Assembly (NCBI GenBank): GCA_051648545.1
Contig: JBOFFI010000010.1
Span: 19,383 to 83,382, forward strand
DNA from: Alphaproteobacteria bacterium
GTDB lineage: Bacteria > Pseudomonadota > Alphaproteobacteria > Holosporales > JBOFFI01
Direction of reading: 5' to 3'
Length of the DNA: 64,000 bases
Shown: piece by piece, positions 48,138 to 58,556 of the stretch
Position numbering within the stretch: position 1 is the stretch's first letter
How the letters are laid out: each line of letters opens with the position of its first letter
Made by a program: the position numbers and the translations under genes
Notes under the pieces: generated by a model
The model's database searches: none
What the model was told of the DNA's origin: nothing
Seen by the model: the letters and a program-made list of their open reading frames with translations, nothing else

Positions 48138-49103
48138 TTATCTATACCCTTCAAAAAGTTGAGAATCACTCAGCGACCTTCTCCTACTCGAACGGAGAGT
48201 AGAAGAATTTTTCTTCAAACTATTTGAGGATAAACTAGTTTCGTCAAGAGATCTTTCCTCCTGTACGTTTGGCTTTTTCAAAAGATAATTTTCCCCGAAA
48301 AATAAATTTTCACAAGAAGCTGAAAAATTATAGGAAGGAGACGTACTCTGAGACTCATCTGCCTCGTCGCGCAAGGGAACCAAAAGATCTCCAGCTCCAT
48401 CAAAGTGCATGACATTAGTTAAGTGCTCTATACATAATTTTCTCCTTGACTTATAACCCCCGTCCTCCTCATCAAAATTCGAAATGAACAGCTCTTCTGT
48501 GTTAGGTAATGCAGACAACCCTTGCCCGACAACGCTATCCGCGCTTGAAGGAGAGGTTACGACGATAAACGGATCTTGGGAGGTTTGACTTGCTTCATTT
48601 TCCGTCTCTATAAAAGTTTGCAAAGATGTTTCAAGCATTCCAGCAGCAAATGTGCCGGCGGATATGTCCCCCGGCTGCTCCGTGTTTTCAATATTTAACT
48701 CCTCTCGAGTGCCAGAAAATGTTGTGCCTACTGTCTCAATAGGCTGCACATCATGCAAATCTTGCAGCAATCTCCTGGAAATGGTCTCACCTGATGTGCG
48801 GACGGGTTCCTCTCCATCTTCTTGGTGTTGCATATCAAGCCTTTGAGGTTCGCTCTGTGAAAACGTGGAAGGCTCTGAAGGTTTTTCTGAAAAAAGAAAA
48901 GGAAAACTGCTGCTCTCAACCTTAGTTCTGCGGCGAGAGCTTCCATTAGAGAGAGGCACTACAGCTCCACCACCGCCTCTCACAGAGGCGCTCCTTTGAA
49001 AAGGAGATATTTCATTAAAAAACCCGATTTTTCCCGGAAGTGGGATGCTAAAAACCAAAAACAGAATTGTAAAAGCGCCAAAAGCCTGCGTTGAGTCGAC
49101 CAT
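48138..49103 (-). CDS. Ser/Glu-rich, probably disordered hypothetical protein
   Basis: Long ORF; RBS AAGGGG before ATG 49103; N-terminal hydrophobic stretch followed by low-complexity sequence. Confidence 0.6.
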   Translation of the reverse strand: MVDSTQAFGAFTILFLVFSIPLPGKIGFFNEISPFQRSASVRGGGGAVVPLSNGSSRRRTKVESSSFPFLFSEKPSEPSTFSQSEPQRLDMQHQEDGEEPVRTSGETISRRLLQDLHDVQPIETVGTTFSGTREELNIENTEQPGDISAGTFAAGMLETSLQTFIETENEASQTSQDPFIVVTSPSSADSVVGQGLSALPNTEELFISNFDEEDGGYKSRRKLCIEHLTNVMHFDGAGDLLVPLRDEADESQSTSPSYNFSASCENLFFGENYLLKKPNVQEERSLDETSLSSNSLKKNSSTLRSSRRRSLSDSQLFEGYR

Positions 49104-49385
49104 AACACACCCCCTTAAAGTTGTTTCGTCTGTAAACTGCAAATTACACATTAAATTATAGTAAAAAAAATACATTATCAATTATATTTTTAATAACAAT
49201 ATAAAAAATAAGCGTATTTTTTATTTTATTTAAATAAAAAGTACAATTACAACAGATTCTTGTCTTTTGTTTTTCAATCAAATGATTGCTTCTCAGCTTC
49301 TAAAACAAATACAACTTGACGTATAGCTTGAAGAATGGCTTCTATAATCTTGGAATTTTAAGATAATCAACTGGTTTGCGCAACG

Positions 49386-50606
49386 ATGGCGTTATTGGTT
49401 CAGAAATTTGGGGGTACTTCCCTTGCAGATTTAGAGCGCATCCACCACGTGGCGCAACGCGTTGCCCAAGATTATCATCAAGGGTATCAGCTTGTGGTAG
49501 TGGTGTCTGCCATGGCGGGCGTCACCAATCAGATGGTTGGGTGGTTGGGAGAAGCGTTTCCTAGAAATTTTTCAACTCAAGCCGCATCTGATGTGGTTTT
49601 GTCTTCTGGAGAGCAAATAACCTGTGGGTTATTGGCTTTGGCTTTGCAGTGCTTGGGGTTACCCGCAAAGACTTGGCTGGGCTGGCAAATTCCTATCCTA
49701 ACGGAAAAAAAACATGGGGATGCAGATATCATCGATATCCCCGCTACCCAATTGAGAGCTTCCTTGGATGCAGGTGAAATTGCTGTGGTGGCTGGCTTTC
49801 AAGGGGTCACCCCTGATGGTCAGATCACAACCCTCGGCAGGGGTGGATCTGATACAACAGCAGTGGCTCTAGCATCCTACCTGCAGGCAGAGCGCTGTGA
49901 TATTTACACAGATGTGGAAGGCGTTTACACGGCAGACCCTCGTCACGTTCAGGGTGCTAAAAAGCTTGAGACTCTCACTTATGATGAGATGCTTAGCCTT
50001 GCCTCTTCTGGCGCCAAAGTGCTCCACCCCCGCGCTGTTAAATTTGCAAAAGACTATCGTGTGAATTTGCGGGTGTTGTCTAGCCTCCACACTGCGCCAG
50101 GTACGTCTATTTCATCTGCAACGTCTACCAGCAGGTTTATCAGCGGCATCACCCATGCATCAGATTATGTGCAAATTTGCCTTCAGGGGCTCTCACCGGA
50201 TTGGCATTTTGGTTTACTCGATGATGTGTTCTGTGCCCATGGATATTTACCAGAAATGCTTTCTGTTGAATGGAACAGTGCTGGAAACCCTCACACAGCT
50301 TCATTTGCGTTGAATGATCGAAGGCTCAGCTCCCTCATTGATAGCATGGAAAAAAATAAAGATTCGCTGGGGGTTTCTTCCATCTCCCTTAAATCAGAGT
50401 TGGCCCAGTTATCCTTGGTGAAGGGAAGCGGGTGGCAAGACCGAAGCGTGTTGCGTTTTAAAATGATTGAAGCATTTGAGAAGGCTCAAATTCCTTTTTA
50501 TGCCATTTCTACCTATGCGCAAAAAATCTCATTTTTGGTTGACCAGGTCCACGTTCATCCATTAACGTATCACCTGCATCAAGCTTATGAATTACACAAC
50601 GTGTGA
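49386..50606 (+). CDS. lysC: Aspartate kinase
   Basis: VQKFGGTS, VVSAM, TTLGRGGSDTTA, YTDVEGV; ACT region divergent. Confidence 0.95.
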   Translation: MALLVQKFGGTSLADLERIHHVAQRVAQDYHQGYQLVVVVSAMAGVTNQMVGWLGEAFPRNFSTQAASDVVLSSGEQITCGLLALALQCLGLPAKTWLGWQIPILTEKKHGDADIIDIPATQLRASLDAGEIAVVAGFQGVTPDGQITTLGRGGSDTTAVALASYLQAERCDIYTDVEGVYTADPRHVQGAKKLETLTYDEMLSLASSGAKVLHPRAVKFAKDYRVNLRVLSSLHTAPGTSISSATSTSRFISGITHASDYVQICLQGLSPDWHFGLLDDVFCAHGYLPEMLSVEWNSAGNPHTASFALNDRRLSSLIDSMEKNKDSLGVSSISLKSELAQLSLVKGSGWQDRSVLRFKMIEAFEKAQIPFYAISTYAQKISFLVDQVHVHPLTYHLHQAYELHNV

Positions 50607-51673
50607 GAATCCCGTCTTTGTCTACGTCTTTTTATTTGAACCATTTATGGAAAAGAGGAACTGAATTTTTAGGGGTCCGCTATGCCATTTTAGGCGGCGC
50701 TATGACCTGGGTGTCTGAACACCATTTGGTTTCTAGTATCTCAAATGCGGGAGGGTTTGGCATTCTTGCCTCTGGTTCTATGCCACCAGAATTGCTGCGG
50801 GAAGAAATTCGCAAAACCCAAGCCGCTACCCAAAAGCCTTTTGGGGTTAATTTGATTGTGCTGCATCCTCAGCTTGAGGGTTTGGCAGCCGTGTGTGTTG
50901 AAGAAAACGTTTCCCATGTTGTGCTGGCAGGAGGGCTACCGCCTAAAAAAATCATTGAGCAGCTGCACCAAGGCGGTTGTAAAGTGATCGGGTTTGCGCC
51001 TTCGTTGATTTTGGCAAGGAAGGTCGTTCGTCTTGGCGTGGATGCCTTCATTATCGAAGGAACCGAGGCAGGCGGTCATATTGGCCCTATTTCTACCAGC
51101 GTTTTGGCCCAAGAGATTTTACCCCATATCCAAGATGTCCCTATTTTTGTAGCGGGTGGCATTGGGCGGGGTGATACGGTTCTCAGCTACCTTGAAATGG
51201 GAGCGGCAGGGTGCCAGCTTGGGACACGGTTTGTATGTGCCACGGAATCCATCGCTCATGATCAATTCAAGCAGTCTTTCATTCACGCTCAATCTAGGGA
51301 TGCAACCATATCTCAACAGTTAGACCCCAGATTTCCGGTCATTCCTGTGCGAGCGCTGGCCAATCAAGGAACGCGTCGTTTTATGGAAATTCAACAACAG
51401 GTTATTGACCGTTTTAATCAAGGGGAGCTCACCCAAAAAGAAGCGCAGCTTGAAATTGAACATTTTTGGGCAGGTGCGTTGCGGCGCGCGGTGATAGATG
51501 GGGATATCGAGCATGGCTCTGTGATGGCAGGCCAAAGTGTTGGCATGGTCACCCAAGTGGAGCCAGCTGCAGAGATCATTCAAAAGCTTCTTCAGGAGAT
51601 TTTTGTGGCTCTTGAAAAACGAAGACAGTATCCTTGTGAGCCTCAACCTTCCTCACAGCAACAGATCTGTTAA
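50603..51673 (+). CDS. Nitronate monooxygenase / FabK-family flavoenzyme
   Basis: GGAMTW, PFGVNL, EAGGHIG, AGGI, LGTRF, MAGQSVG. Confidence 0.88.
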   Translation: MRIPSLSTSFYLNHLWKRGTEFLGVRYAILGGAMTWVSEHHLVSSISNAGGFGILASGSMPPELLREEIRKTQAATQKPFGVNLIVLHPQLEGLAAVCVEENVSHVVLAGGLPPKKIIEQLHQGGCKVIGFAPSLILARKVVRLGVDAFIIEGTEAGGHIGPISTSVLAQEILPHIQDVPIFVAGGIGRGDTVLSYLEMGAAGCQLGTRFVCATESIAHDQFKQSFIHAQSRDATISQQLDPRFPVIPVRALANQGTRRFMEIQQQVIDRFNQGELTQKEAQLEIEHFWAGALRRAVIDGDIEHGSVMAGQSVGMVTQVEPAAEIIQKLLQEIFVALEKRRQYPCEPQPSSQQQIC

Positions 51674-51686
51674 AAAAGGGAAATCC

Positions 51687-52631
51687 ATGTCTCAACCACA
51701 GTCCCATCAAACAAAACTTTTGATTATCGGCGCAGGGCCCGCAGGGTATACAGCAGCTATTTATGCAGCTAGGGCTGGTCTGGAACCCCATTTGGTGACA
51801 GGGCCCCAACCGGGGGGCCAGCTGATGACCACGACGGACGTGGAAAACTATCCCGGTTTTCGAGATGCCATTCAAGGCCCATGGTTGATGGAAGAGATGC
51901 GGAACCAGGCAATTGCCGTGGGAACTGTGCTTCATACAGATCTCATCACCCAGGTTCAGCTAGACAAACGTCCTTTTGTATGTAGGGGGGAGAAAGCCAC
52001 CTATCAAGCAGAAGCGTTGATCATTGCCACAGGGGCCCAGGCCAAGTGGTTGAACCTTGAAAGCGAAACCCATTTTCGCGGTTACGGGGTTTCTGCTTGC
52101 GCCACGTGTGATGGATTTTTTTTTAAAAATAAACCGGTGGTCGTGGTTGGGGGGGGCAACACCGCCGTAGAAGAGGCCTTGTTTTTAACCCACCATGCCT
52201 CCCATGTAACGCTGGTTCATCGGCGTGATAGCCTGCGGGCTGAAAAAGTGTTGCAAGAACGTCTTTTCAATAATCCCAAAATCACCGTCATCTGGGACCA
52301 TGTTGTGGAAGAGATTTTTGGGGCCGAACAGCCTTTTCGCTCTGTGGAAGGAATTCGTCTGCGCCATGCCCAAACAGGTGAATTAAAAGAGCTTTCAGCA
52401 GAGGGTGTTTTTATCGCCATTGGCCATGCGCCAAACACATCCCTTTTTAAGGAATGGCTTCCCCTGGATGAAACCGGGTACATCCTTCCCAAGGGGCCAG
52501 GAACCCACACGACTATTCCTGGGGTTTTTGCGGCGGGAGATGTGCAAGATAAAGTTTATCGACAAGCGGTAACTGCTGCAGGTCAAGGCTGTATGGCGGC
52601 TTTGGATGCTGAGAAATTCTTATATCAATAG
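51687..52631 (+). CDS. trxB: Thioredoxin reductase
   Basis: IIGAGPAG, GGQL, SACATCDG, GGGNTA, YRQA; start trimmed to ATG 51687. Confidence 0.97.
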   Translation: MSQPQSHQTKLLIIGAGPAGYTAAIYAARAGLEPHLVTGPQPGGQLMTTTDVENYPGFRDAIQGPWLMEEMRNQAIAVGTVLHTDLITQVQLDKRPFVCRGEKATYQAEALIIATGAQAKWLNLESETHFRGYGVSACATCDGFFFKNKPVVVVGGGNTAVEEALFLTHHASHVTLVHRRDSLRAEKVLQERLFNNPKITVIWDHVVEEIFGAEQPFRSVEGIRLRHAQTGELKELSAEGVFIAIGHAPNTSLFKEWLPLDETGYILPKGPGTHTTIPGVFAAGDVQDKVYRQAVTAAGQGCMAALDAEKFLYQ

Positions 52632-52741
52632 ACTTTTTGTCGAAGTCTAGTAAAATCTAACCCATTATTTTTAAACTTTTTTTTACGTTCTTGATAGAAA
52701 ATAAAGCTGTGAAAACAACGTATTAAAAGGCTTTCAAAACG

Positions 52742-53239
52742 ATGCTACCTGTTTTAAAAATTCATGCTTTCTTAATCTTTTTCTTGTGTTTGGTTTCTGG
52801 TGCTTCGGCAGAAATGTATGGCACTTACCTCAACCTTTCGGGCTATCGGGTTGTCCTTGAGGAGCTATCTGATGGAAACAAACAGACTACCCTTGGTCAC
52901 GGTGGAAAAGTTGAAACGATAAGAAGGATAGGGGAACGAGTTAATCACAGACTAACGCTTTATAAAGAAAATGAAACAGATCCTTATAAAATTCTTATTA
53001 TTACAGACCAACGTCAAGGATGCGCGAAAGAAACCCTCGTGGACCTTTTTAACGTTCAGAGTTTGGTGAGTTTAACAGATATCACGCCAGAAAAAAAGCA
53101 AGAATCTGATAAGAAAATTCAGAAAAATTGGAGTCAAAATGCTTGCATTTCAGCTCATTTGTTAGAATTTTTAGGTTTTTATGTGGAGATTGGAAATGAG
53201 GGTGTCATCCTCAAACAAGGCGTCAGCAGGTTGCTATAA
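52742..53239 (+). CDS. Exported hypothetical protein (paralog 1)
   Basis: Signal ending ASA; shares motifs with the next gene. Confidence 0.7.
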   Translation: MLPVLKIHAFLIFFLCLVSGASAEMYGTYLNLSGYRVVLEELSDGNKQTTLGHGGKVETIRRIGERVNHRLTLYKENETDPYKILIITDQRQGCAKETLVDLFNVQSLVSLTDITPEKKQESDKKIQKNWSQNACISAHLLEFLGFYVEIGNEGVILKQGVSRLL

Positions 53240-53266
53240 AAATAAAAAATTTATGGAGAGAAATTT

Positions 53267-53767
53267 ATGTTTACACCTATGAAGCGCTTAGCCCTTTTTT
53301 TCTGCTTGTTGGGTGGCGTGTCGACAGCATCTGCAGCGGGCATATATTCTATGTTCGCTGTATACCTTAACCAATCACGTTATAAGGTTCGGCTTACAGA
53401 GCTTTCTAATCGCAGCAAAGTAACTGAATTGCCTACAGCAGGATCTTTCAAAACCTCAAAGGTACTTGGAAAAATCGATCATCGGCTAGAGCTGTTGGAC
53501 GAGGAGGGAAAAATTTTCAAAACCCTTGAGGTTAAGGACCCGGATCTAGCTTGCAGCAATAAATGGCATACGGCTATTGACCATATCCTTCAACCAGAAT
53601 ATACAGCAATTTCCCTAGATCGAACGGATCTTAGTTCTTCTTGGAATACATCGGTTTGTCTTTCTGGCATAGGTATCCTGGGCGAATTTATCGGCCTTAG
53701 AGTGACAATAACAAACGATGGCATTGTGCTCGAACAAGGCAAAGATGAAAACATTCTGCAGCCTTAG
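53267..53767 (+). CDS. Exported hypothetical protein (paralog 2)
   Basis: GGAG RBS; signal ending ASA; shares motifs with the previous gene. Confidence 0.7.
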   Translation: MFTPMKRLALFFCLLGGVSTASAAGIYSMFAVYLNQSRYKVRLTELSNRSKVTELPTAGSFKTSKVLGKIDHRLELLDEEGKIFKTLEVKDPDLACSNKWHTAIDHILQPEYTAISLDRTDLSSSWNTSVCLSGIGILGEFIGLRVTITNDGIVLEQGKDENILQP

Positions 53768-53779
53768 GGGTGAATGTTT

Positions 53780-55093
53780 CTACGCTGCCTCAGAAAGAAG
53801 CTCTTTCCCTTCTTCCAAAGAAGAGGTGCTTTTTTTGAGGTTCTGTTTGTCCAATTTTTCAAAATGATAAATAGCCCAGGTAAACGCAGCCATCACTGGC
53901 ACCATAATCACCCAAAGACCAAAATTTCCAAACCAGGCCGTGAGATAGACAAGGCCGAAGGAGGTTGAAATAAACATCAATGCTCCTGAAATCGCATACA
54001 TAAGGCTCACCGATGTCACGCGTTTTAAGACTGGAAAATGGGCAAAAAAGACAGCGAACGCAGGTAAGCCAGATGCAAAAACAGAAATTCCTGCTTGAAT
54101 CCAAAACAATTGAAAGGGGGTCTCGAGGTTCGTTAATATAAAGGGACAAATTAAGATGAGCAAACAGGCGCACCACAGGTTAAATTTCACAATCTTTAGA
54201 GGATAGATTTTATAGCTGAGAAACACAAGAACGCTTGAGGTGCAAGCTTGCAATATGGAAACAAGGAGATTTTGGTGAATCACTTGTTGAGCGGTATACC
54301 CAAATATTTCCTTGAGAAGGTGGGCGCAATGGACGTAAGAAAAGTAAAAACTGATGGGAGACAGAGAAAAAACAAATAAAAGGGCGAAAAGTGTTTTTTT
54401 ATCTACTTTTTCTTGTACGACCATTAATCCTTTTTTGATTTTATTCTCTCTTTCTTGCTTCATTTTAAGAAACTCTGGCGTTTCCCGAAGTCGGGTGCGG
54501 GCGATGGACCCTACCATGGCAATGCCTGCCCCAATCCAAAAAGCCACACGCCAATTAAACGTAAAACTCATCACAAGGCTTGCGACGCCTAAAGCTGCCA
54601 TGCTGCCAAATCGAGCAAACAGATCTACCGCAGCTACAACAGGGTAACGGACAGGCGGCTTCGTGCTTTCTGTTAAATAGACCTCTGCGCTAATAATTTC
54701 TCCTAAAGAAGAAATGCCTTGTAACATTCGGCAAAGGGTGACCCCCCAAGCAGCCATGATGCCAATTTCTGCATAGGTGGGGAGGTTGGCCATAATGATA
54801 CAAGAAACCGCCATTAAGGATGTGGTCAAAACCACGGTCATTTTTCTCCCAAAAGTATCTCCGATATATCCAAAAAGTAGGGCTCCGAAAGGCCTCAAGA
54901 CAAACGTCGAACAAAACGCGAAGGCTGAAAGCAGAGAGGCGGTAAAAGGATCTGTCTTGGGGAAAAAAAGGTCATTTAAAAGGACGGCCATATGCACATA
55001 TAGCATCAAATCAAAACATTCCAGAAACGTTCCAATCTGCAAAAGCCCTGCGGCCTCTTTTTGCTGACGGGTTAGAGACGAAAAAAAGCCCAC
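53780..55093 (-). CDS. MFS transporter, ProP/MHS-like (copy A)
   Basis: RPFGALLFGYIGDTFGRK motif A, LPTY..IG, RLRETPEF; 12-TM pattern. Confidence 0.92.
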   Translation of the reverse strand: MGFFSSLTRQQKEAAGLLQIGTFLECFDLMLYVHMAVLLNDLFFPKTDPFTASLLSAFAFCSTFVLRPFGALLFGYIGDTFGRKMTVVLTTSLMAVSCIIMANLPTYAEIGIMAAWGVTLCRMLQGISSLGEIISAEVYLTESTKPPVRYPVVAAVDLFARFGSMAALGVASLVMSFTFNWRVAFWIGAGIAMVGSIARTRLRETPEFLKMKQERENKIKKGLMVVQEKVDKKTLFALLFVFSLSPISFYFSYVHCAHLLKEIFGYTAQQVIHQNLLVSILQACTSSVLVFLSYKIYPLKIVKFNLWCACLLILICPFILTNLETPFQLFWIQAGISVFASGLPAFAVFFAHFPVLKRVTSVSLMYAISGALMFISTSFGLVYLTAWFGNFGLWVIMVPVMAAFTWAIYHFEKLDKQNLKKSTSSLEEGKELLSEAA

Positions 55094-55119
55094 AGAAAAG
55101 CCCTCCTTTTTTTTGCTTA
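55056..55119. repeat. 64-bp near-identical direct repeat (second copy 56417..56480)
   Basis: Spans RBS, start codon and first 12 codons of both MFS genes; a single mismatch (GTG vs ATG). Confidence 0.9.
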
Positions 55120-55140
55120 GTTATTTTTAAATTAGATCTC

Positions 55141-56454
55141 TTAAGCTGCCTCAGAAAGGAGCGCTTCCTCTTCTTCCAAAGGAGAATCCCCTTTCTCGAG
55201 ATTAGGCTTATCCAATTTCTCGAAATGGTTGATGGACCAAGTAAACGCAGCCATCACCGGAACCATAATCACCCAAAGGCCAAAATCTCCGAACCAGGAC
55301 GTTAAATACACAAGCCCGAAGGACGTGACGATATACATCATGGCCCTGGAAACCGCATAAATAAAGCTCACAGATGTAATTCGTTTTAAGACCGGAAAAT
55401 GCGCATAAAAGATAGCGTAGGCTGGAAAGCCTGATGAAAAAATAACTACGCAGGCCTGAAGCCAAAAAAGTTGTGTCCCACTGGTTAGATGACCCAACAA
55501 AAAAGGACAGATCAAAATAAGTATATAACTTACCTTGATGTTAAATTTTACAATTTTTAACGGGTAAATTTTGTAGCTAAGAAACACAACAACCGCTGAG
55601 GTAAAAAATTGAAGTGTCGAAACAAAAAAGTTCTGCTGAACCACCTGTTCAGCCGTGTAGTTAAAAGTTTCCCTAAGAATTTGGGCGCAGTGGATGTAAG
55701 AAAAATAAAAACTGATGGGCCACGAACAAAACATCAGCAAAAGGGCAAGAACTGTTTTCTTATCTATTTTTTCTTGTTCAACATACAGGTTTTTTTGAAG
55801 GATCTCTTTTTTATGCTGTTTCATCTTAAGAAACTCTGGCGTTTCCCGAAGCCTGGTGCGTGCAACAGAGCCCACCATGGCAATACCCGCTCCAATCCAA
55901 AAGGCCACACGCCAATTAAATGTAAAGCTCATCACGAGGCTTGCGACTGCTAAAGCCATCATAGATCCAAAATCAGAAAAGGCTCTCACCGCTGCAACAA
56001 TAGGGTAACGCGCAGGTGGTTTCGTGCTTTCTGTTAAATAAACCTCTGCAGCAACGATCTCTCCTAAGGAAGACATCCCTTGAAGCATGCGGCAAATCGT
56101 GATGCCCCAAGCTGCCGCTATTCCAATTTCTGCATAGGTGGGAAGGTTGGCCATAATGATGCAGGCAACAGCCATCATAGAGGTTGTAAATACAACTGTC
56201 ATTTTACGCCCAAATGTATCTCCAATATAGCCAAAAAGCAGAGATCCAAAGGGCCTGAGCACATAGGTTGAGCAAAATGCAAAAGCAGAGATTAGAGATG
56301 AGGTAAAAGGGTCTGTCTTCGGGAAAAAAAGATCGTTTAGTAATACCGCTAAATGCACATACAGCATCAGGTCAAAATATTCTAAAAATGTTCCAATTTG
56401 TAAAAGCCCTGCCGCTTCTTTTTGCTGACGGGTTAGAGACGAAAAAAAGCCCAT
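55141..56454 (-). CDS. MFS transporter, ProP/MHS-like (copy B)
   Basis: GTFLEYFD, motif A, RLRETPEF; same length as copy A. Confidence 0.92.
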   Translation of the reverse strand: MGFFSSLTRQQKEAAGLLQIGTFLEYFDLMLYVHLAVLLNDLFFPKTDPFTSSLISAFAFCSTYVLRPFGSLLFGYIGDTFGRKMTVVFTTSMMAVACIIMANLPTYAEIGIAAAWGITICRMLQGMSSLGEIVAAEVYLTESTKPPARYPIVAAVRAFSDFGSMMALAVASLVMSFTFNWRVAFWIGAGIAMVGSVARTRLRETPEFLKMKQHKKEILQKNLYVEQEKIDKKTVLALLLMFCSWPISFYFSYIHCAQILRETFNYTAEQVVQQNFFVSTLQFFTSAVVVFLSYKIYPLKIVKFNIKVSYILILICPFLLGHLTSGTQLFWLQACVVIFSSGFPAYAIFYAHFPVLKRITSVSFIYAVSRAMMYIVTSFGLVYLTSWFGDFGLWVIMVPVMAAFTWSINHFEKLDKPNLEKGDSPLEEEEALLSEAA

Positions 56455-56561
56455 AGAAAAGCCCTCCTTTTTTTTGCTTATTTATTGAATAAAAAAAACA
56501 ATTCGTCAATTTTTTTTTAAACTTTACAACCCTGCGGCAATCTCAGGCCATGCTCGTGACC

Positions 56562-56590
56562 TTGACAATCGTTTTCTAAAAACATACCTT
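56562..56590 (+). promoter_or_regulatory. Sigma70 promoter of sodB
   Basis: TTGACA-17nt-TACCTT. Confidence 0.5.
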
Positions 56591-56615
56591 CATCCTAAAG
56601 AATTTTTATCAGAGG

Positions 56616-57233
56616 ATGCACTTTATGTCTTTTCAACTCCCTCAGCTTCCCTATAGCCTTCAGGCGCTTGAGCCTCATATCTCCCAAAAAACGTTAGAGT
56701 TTCACCACGGCAAACACCATCAGGCTTATGTGACGAATCTGAATAATTTGCTGAAAGGAACAGATCTTGAGGGGAAGTCTCTGGAAGATGTCATTTTTGC
56801 ATCAGCACAATCACCAGACAAAGCTTCTATTTTCAACAATGCTGCCCAGGTTTGGAATCATACTTTTTTTTGGAACAGCATGTCCCCCCAAGGTGGCGGC
56901 GAGATGAAAGAAGGCCCCCTGAAAAAGGCTCTTATCAAAACTTTCGGAAGTGTCGAGCAGTTCTTGGAACAGTTTAAACAAGCAGCAGCCACTCAATTTG
57001 GAAGCGGTTGGGCATGGCTTGCGCTGAACACGGCAGGGGACCTGGTTATCAACAAAACGAGCAATGCAGATTTGCCCCTAACATACGGTAAAAAACCACT
57101 TCTGACATGCGATGTATGGGAGCACGCCTATTATTTAGACTATCAAAACCGTCGTCCAGACTATCTCTCCACCTTCGTCACCCATTTGATTAACTGGGAC
57201 TTTGCGGAACAACAGTTTTTGGGAAAATCTTAG
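56616..57233 (+). CDS. sodB: Fe superoxide dismutase
   Basis: [35 protein letters not shown]; start may be ATG 56625. Confidence 0.95.
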   Translation: MHFMSFQLPQLPYSLQALEPHISQKTLEFHHGKHHQAYVTNLNNLLKGTDLEGKSLEDVIFASAQSPDKASIFNNAAQVWNHTFFWNSMSPQGGGEMKEGPLKKALIKTFGSVEQFLEQFKQAAATQFGSGWAWLALNTAGDLVINKTSNADLPLTYGKKPLLTCDVWEHAYYLDYQNRRPDYLSTFVTHLINWDFAEQQFLGKS

Positions 57234-58489
57234 CTGTAAATGGGGAACTGTTTACAAAGGGATTCAACCTCTGCTTTCGTTTCTAAGATTTTTGCTTCTA
57301 AATTTGGCTGATGGAAGGCTTCTAAGAGATCTGCGATCCATGTTGCGATCTGTTTCCATTCAGCTTCTTGGAAGCCGCGGGTGGTTCCAGCCGGGGTTCC
57401 AAGGCGGATACCAGACGTTTGAGAAGGGGGCAGGGGATCAAACGGTACAGCATTGCGGTTACAGGTGATGCCCGCCTGCTCCAAAAGGTTTTCGGCCTGT
57501 TTACCGTGCAGCTGTTTAGCCGTGACATCCACCAAAACATAATGAATATCTGTTCCTCCGGTGACGAGGGAAAGCCCTCTCTCAGCCAAAATGCTTCCCA
57601 TTTGCTGGGCATAGTGAACCACGCGGGCGCTATAGGTTTTGAAAGCCGGTTGAAGGGCCTCAAAGAAGCACGTTGCTTTTCCTGCAATCACGTGGGGGAG
57701 GGGCCCCCCTTGAAGGCCTGGAAAAATAGCGCTGTTGAGCTTTTTCCCCAGGGCTTCATCCTGGGAGAGAATCATGCCACCCCGGGGGCCTCGGAGGGTT
57801 TTGTGGGTGGTTGTGGTGGCAACGTGGGCATGGGGAAACGGAGATGGGTGCAACCCCACCGCAACCAACCCCGCAATATGCGCCATATCCACCAATAAAT
57901 AGGCGCCGACAGCGTCCGCAATGTTTCGGAAGCCTTTAAAATCAATCTGCCGGGGGTACGCAGAGGCCCCCGCAATGATCAGCTTCGGCTTGTGTTGGTG
58001 AGCAAGTTTTTCCACCTCTTCCAGATCAATTAAATGGGTTTTGGGGTCTACGTGATAAGAAACCACATTAAACCACTTCCCCGACAGATTAACCGGAGCC
58101 CCATGGGTGAGGTGTCCTCCACAAGCCAAATCAAGGCTTAAAATGATGTCACCTGGCTGCAAGAGGGCTAAAAATACAGCCTGATTAGCCTGAGAACCAG
58201 AATGGGGTTGAACATTTGCATAATCACACCCAAACAGCTCACAAGCCCGCTGAATTGCAAGGGTTTCAACCTCATCAATATACTGACAGCCTTCGTAATA
58301 GCGCTTCCCCGGGTACCCTTCCGCATATTTGTTGGTCAGCACAGAGCCTTGGGCCTCTAAAACCGCTTCAGAGACGATATTTTCCGAAGCAATCAGCTCA
58401 ATTTGATGGTGTTGGCGTTCCAGCTCTTGCTGCATAAACGCGGCTAAGATAGGGTCTTGTTGGCGTAAATGGGGGAGCATTTTTTGCAT
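57230..58489 (-). CDS. glyA: Serine hydroxymethyltransferase
   Basis: [35 protein letters not shown]; start trimmed to ATG 58489. Confidence 0.97.
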   Translation of the reverse strand: MQKMLPHLRQQDPILAAFMQQELERQHHQIELIASENIVSEAVLEAQGSVLTNKYAEGYPGKRYYEGCQYIDEVETLAIQRACELFGCDYANVQPHSGSQANQAVFLALLQPGDIILSLDLACGGHLTHGAPVNLSGKWFNVVSYHVDPKTHLIDLEEVEKLAHQHKPKLIIAGASAYPRQIDFKGFRNIADAVGAYLLVDMAHIAGLVAVGLHPSPFPHAHVATTTTHKTLRGPRGGMILSQDEALGKKLNSAIFPGLQGGPLPHVIAGKATCFFEALQPAFKTYSARVVHYAQQMGSILAERGLSLVTGGTDIHYVLVDVTAKQLHGKQAENLLEQAGITCNRNAVPFDPLPPSQTSGIRLGTPAGTTRGFQEAEWKQIATWIADLLEAFHQPNLEAKILETKAEVESLCKQFPIYS

Positions 58490-58556
58490 TGTAAATATCC
58501 TTTCAGCCCCCGTCAGAGGAAGCTTTCTCCTAGGTCTTGGTTTGTAACCTTGCGCC

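Noticed and set aside
56563-56580. Fur/iron box over the sodB promoter
   Set aside because: Poor palindrome; explained by the TTGACA -35 element
57368-57898. Long antisense or overlapping ORFs (e.g. 57368..57898, 33472..33906, 33708..34151, 40434..40844, 41330..41602)
   Set aside because: Shadows of well-conserved genes on the opposite strand, with no motifs or RBS
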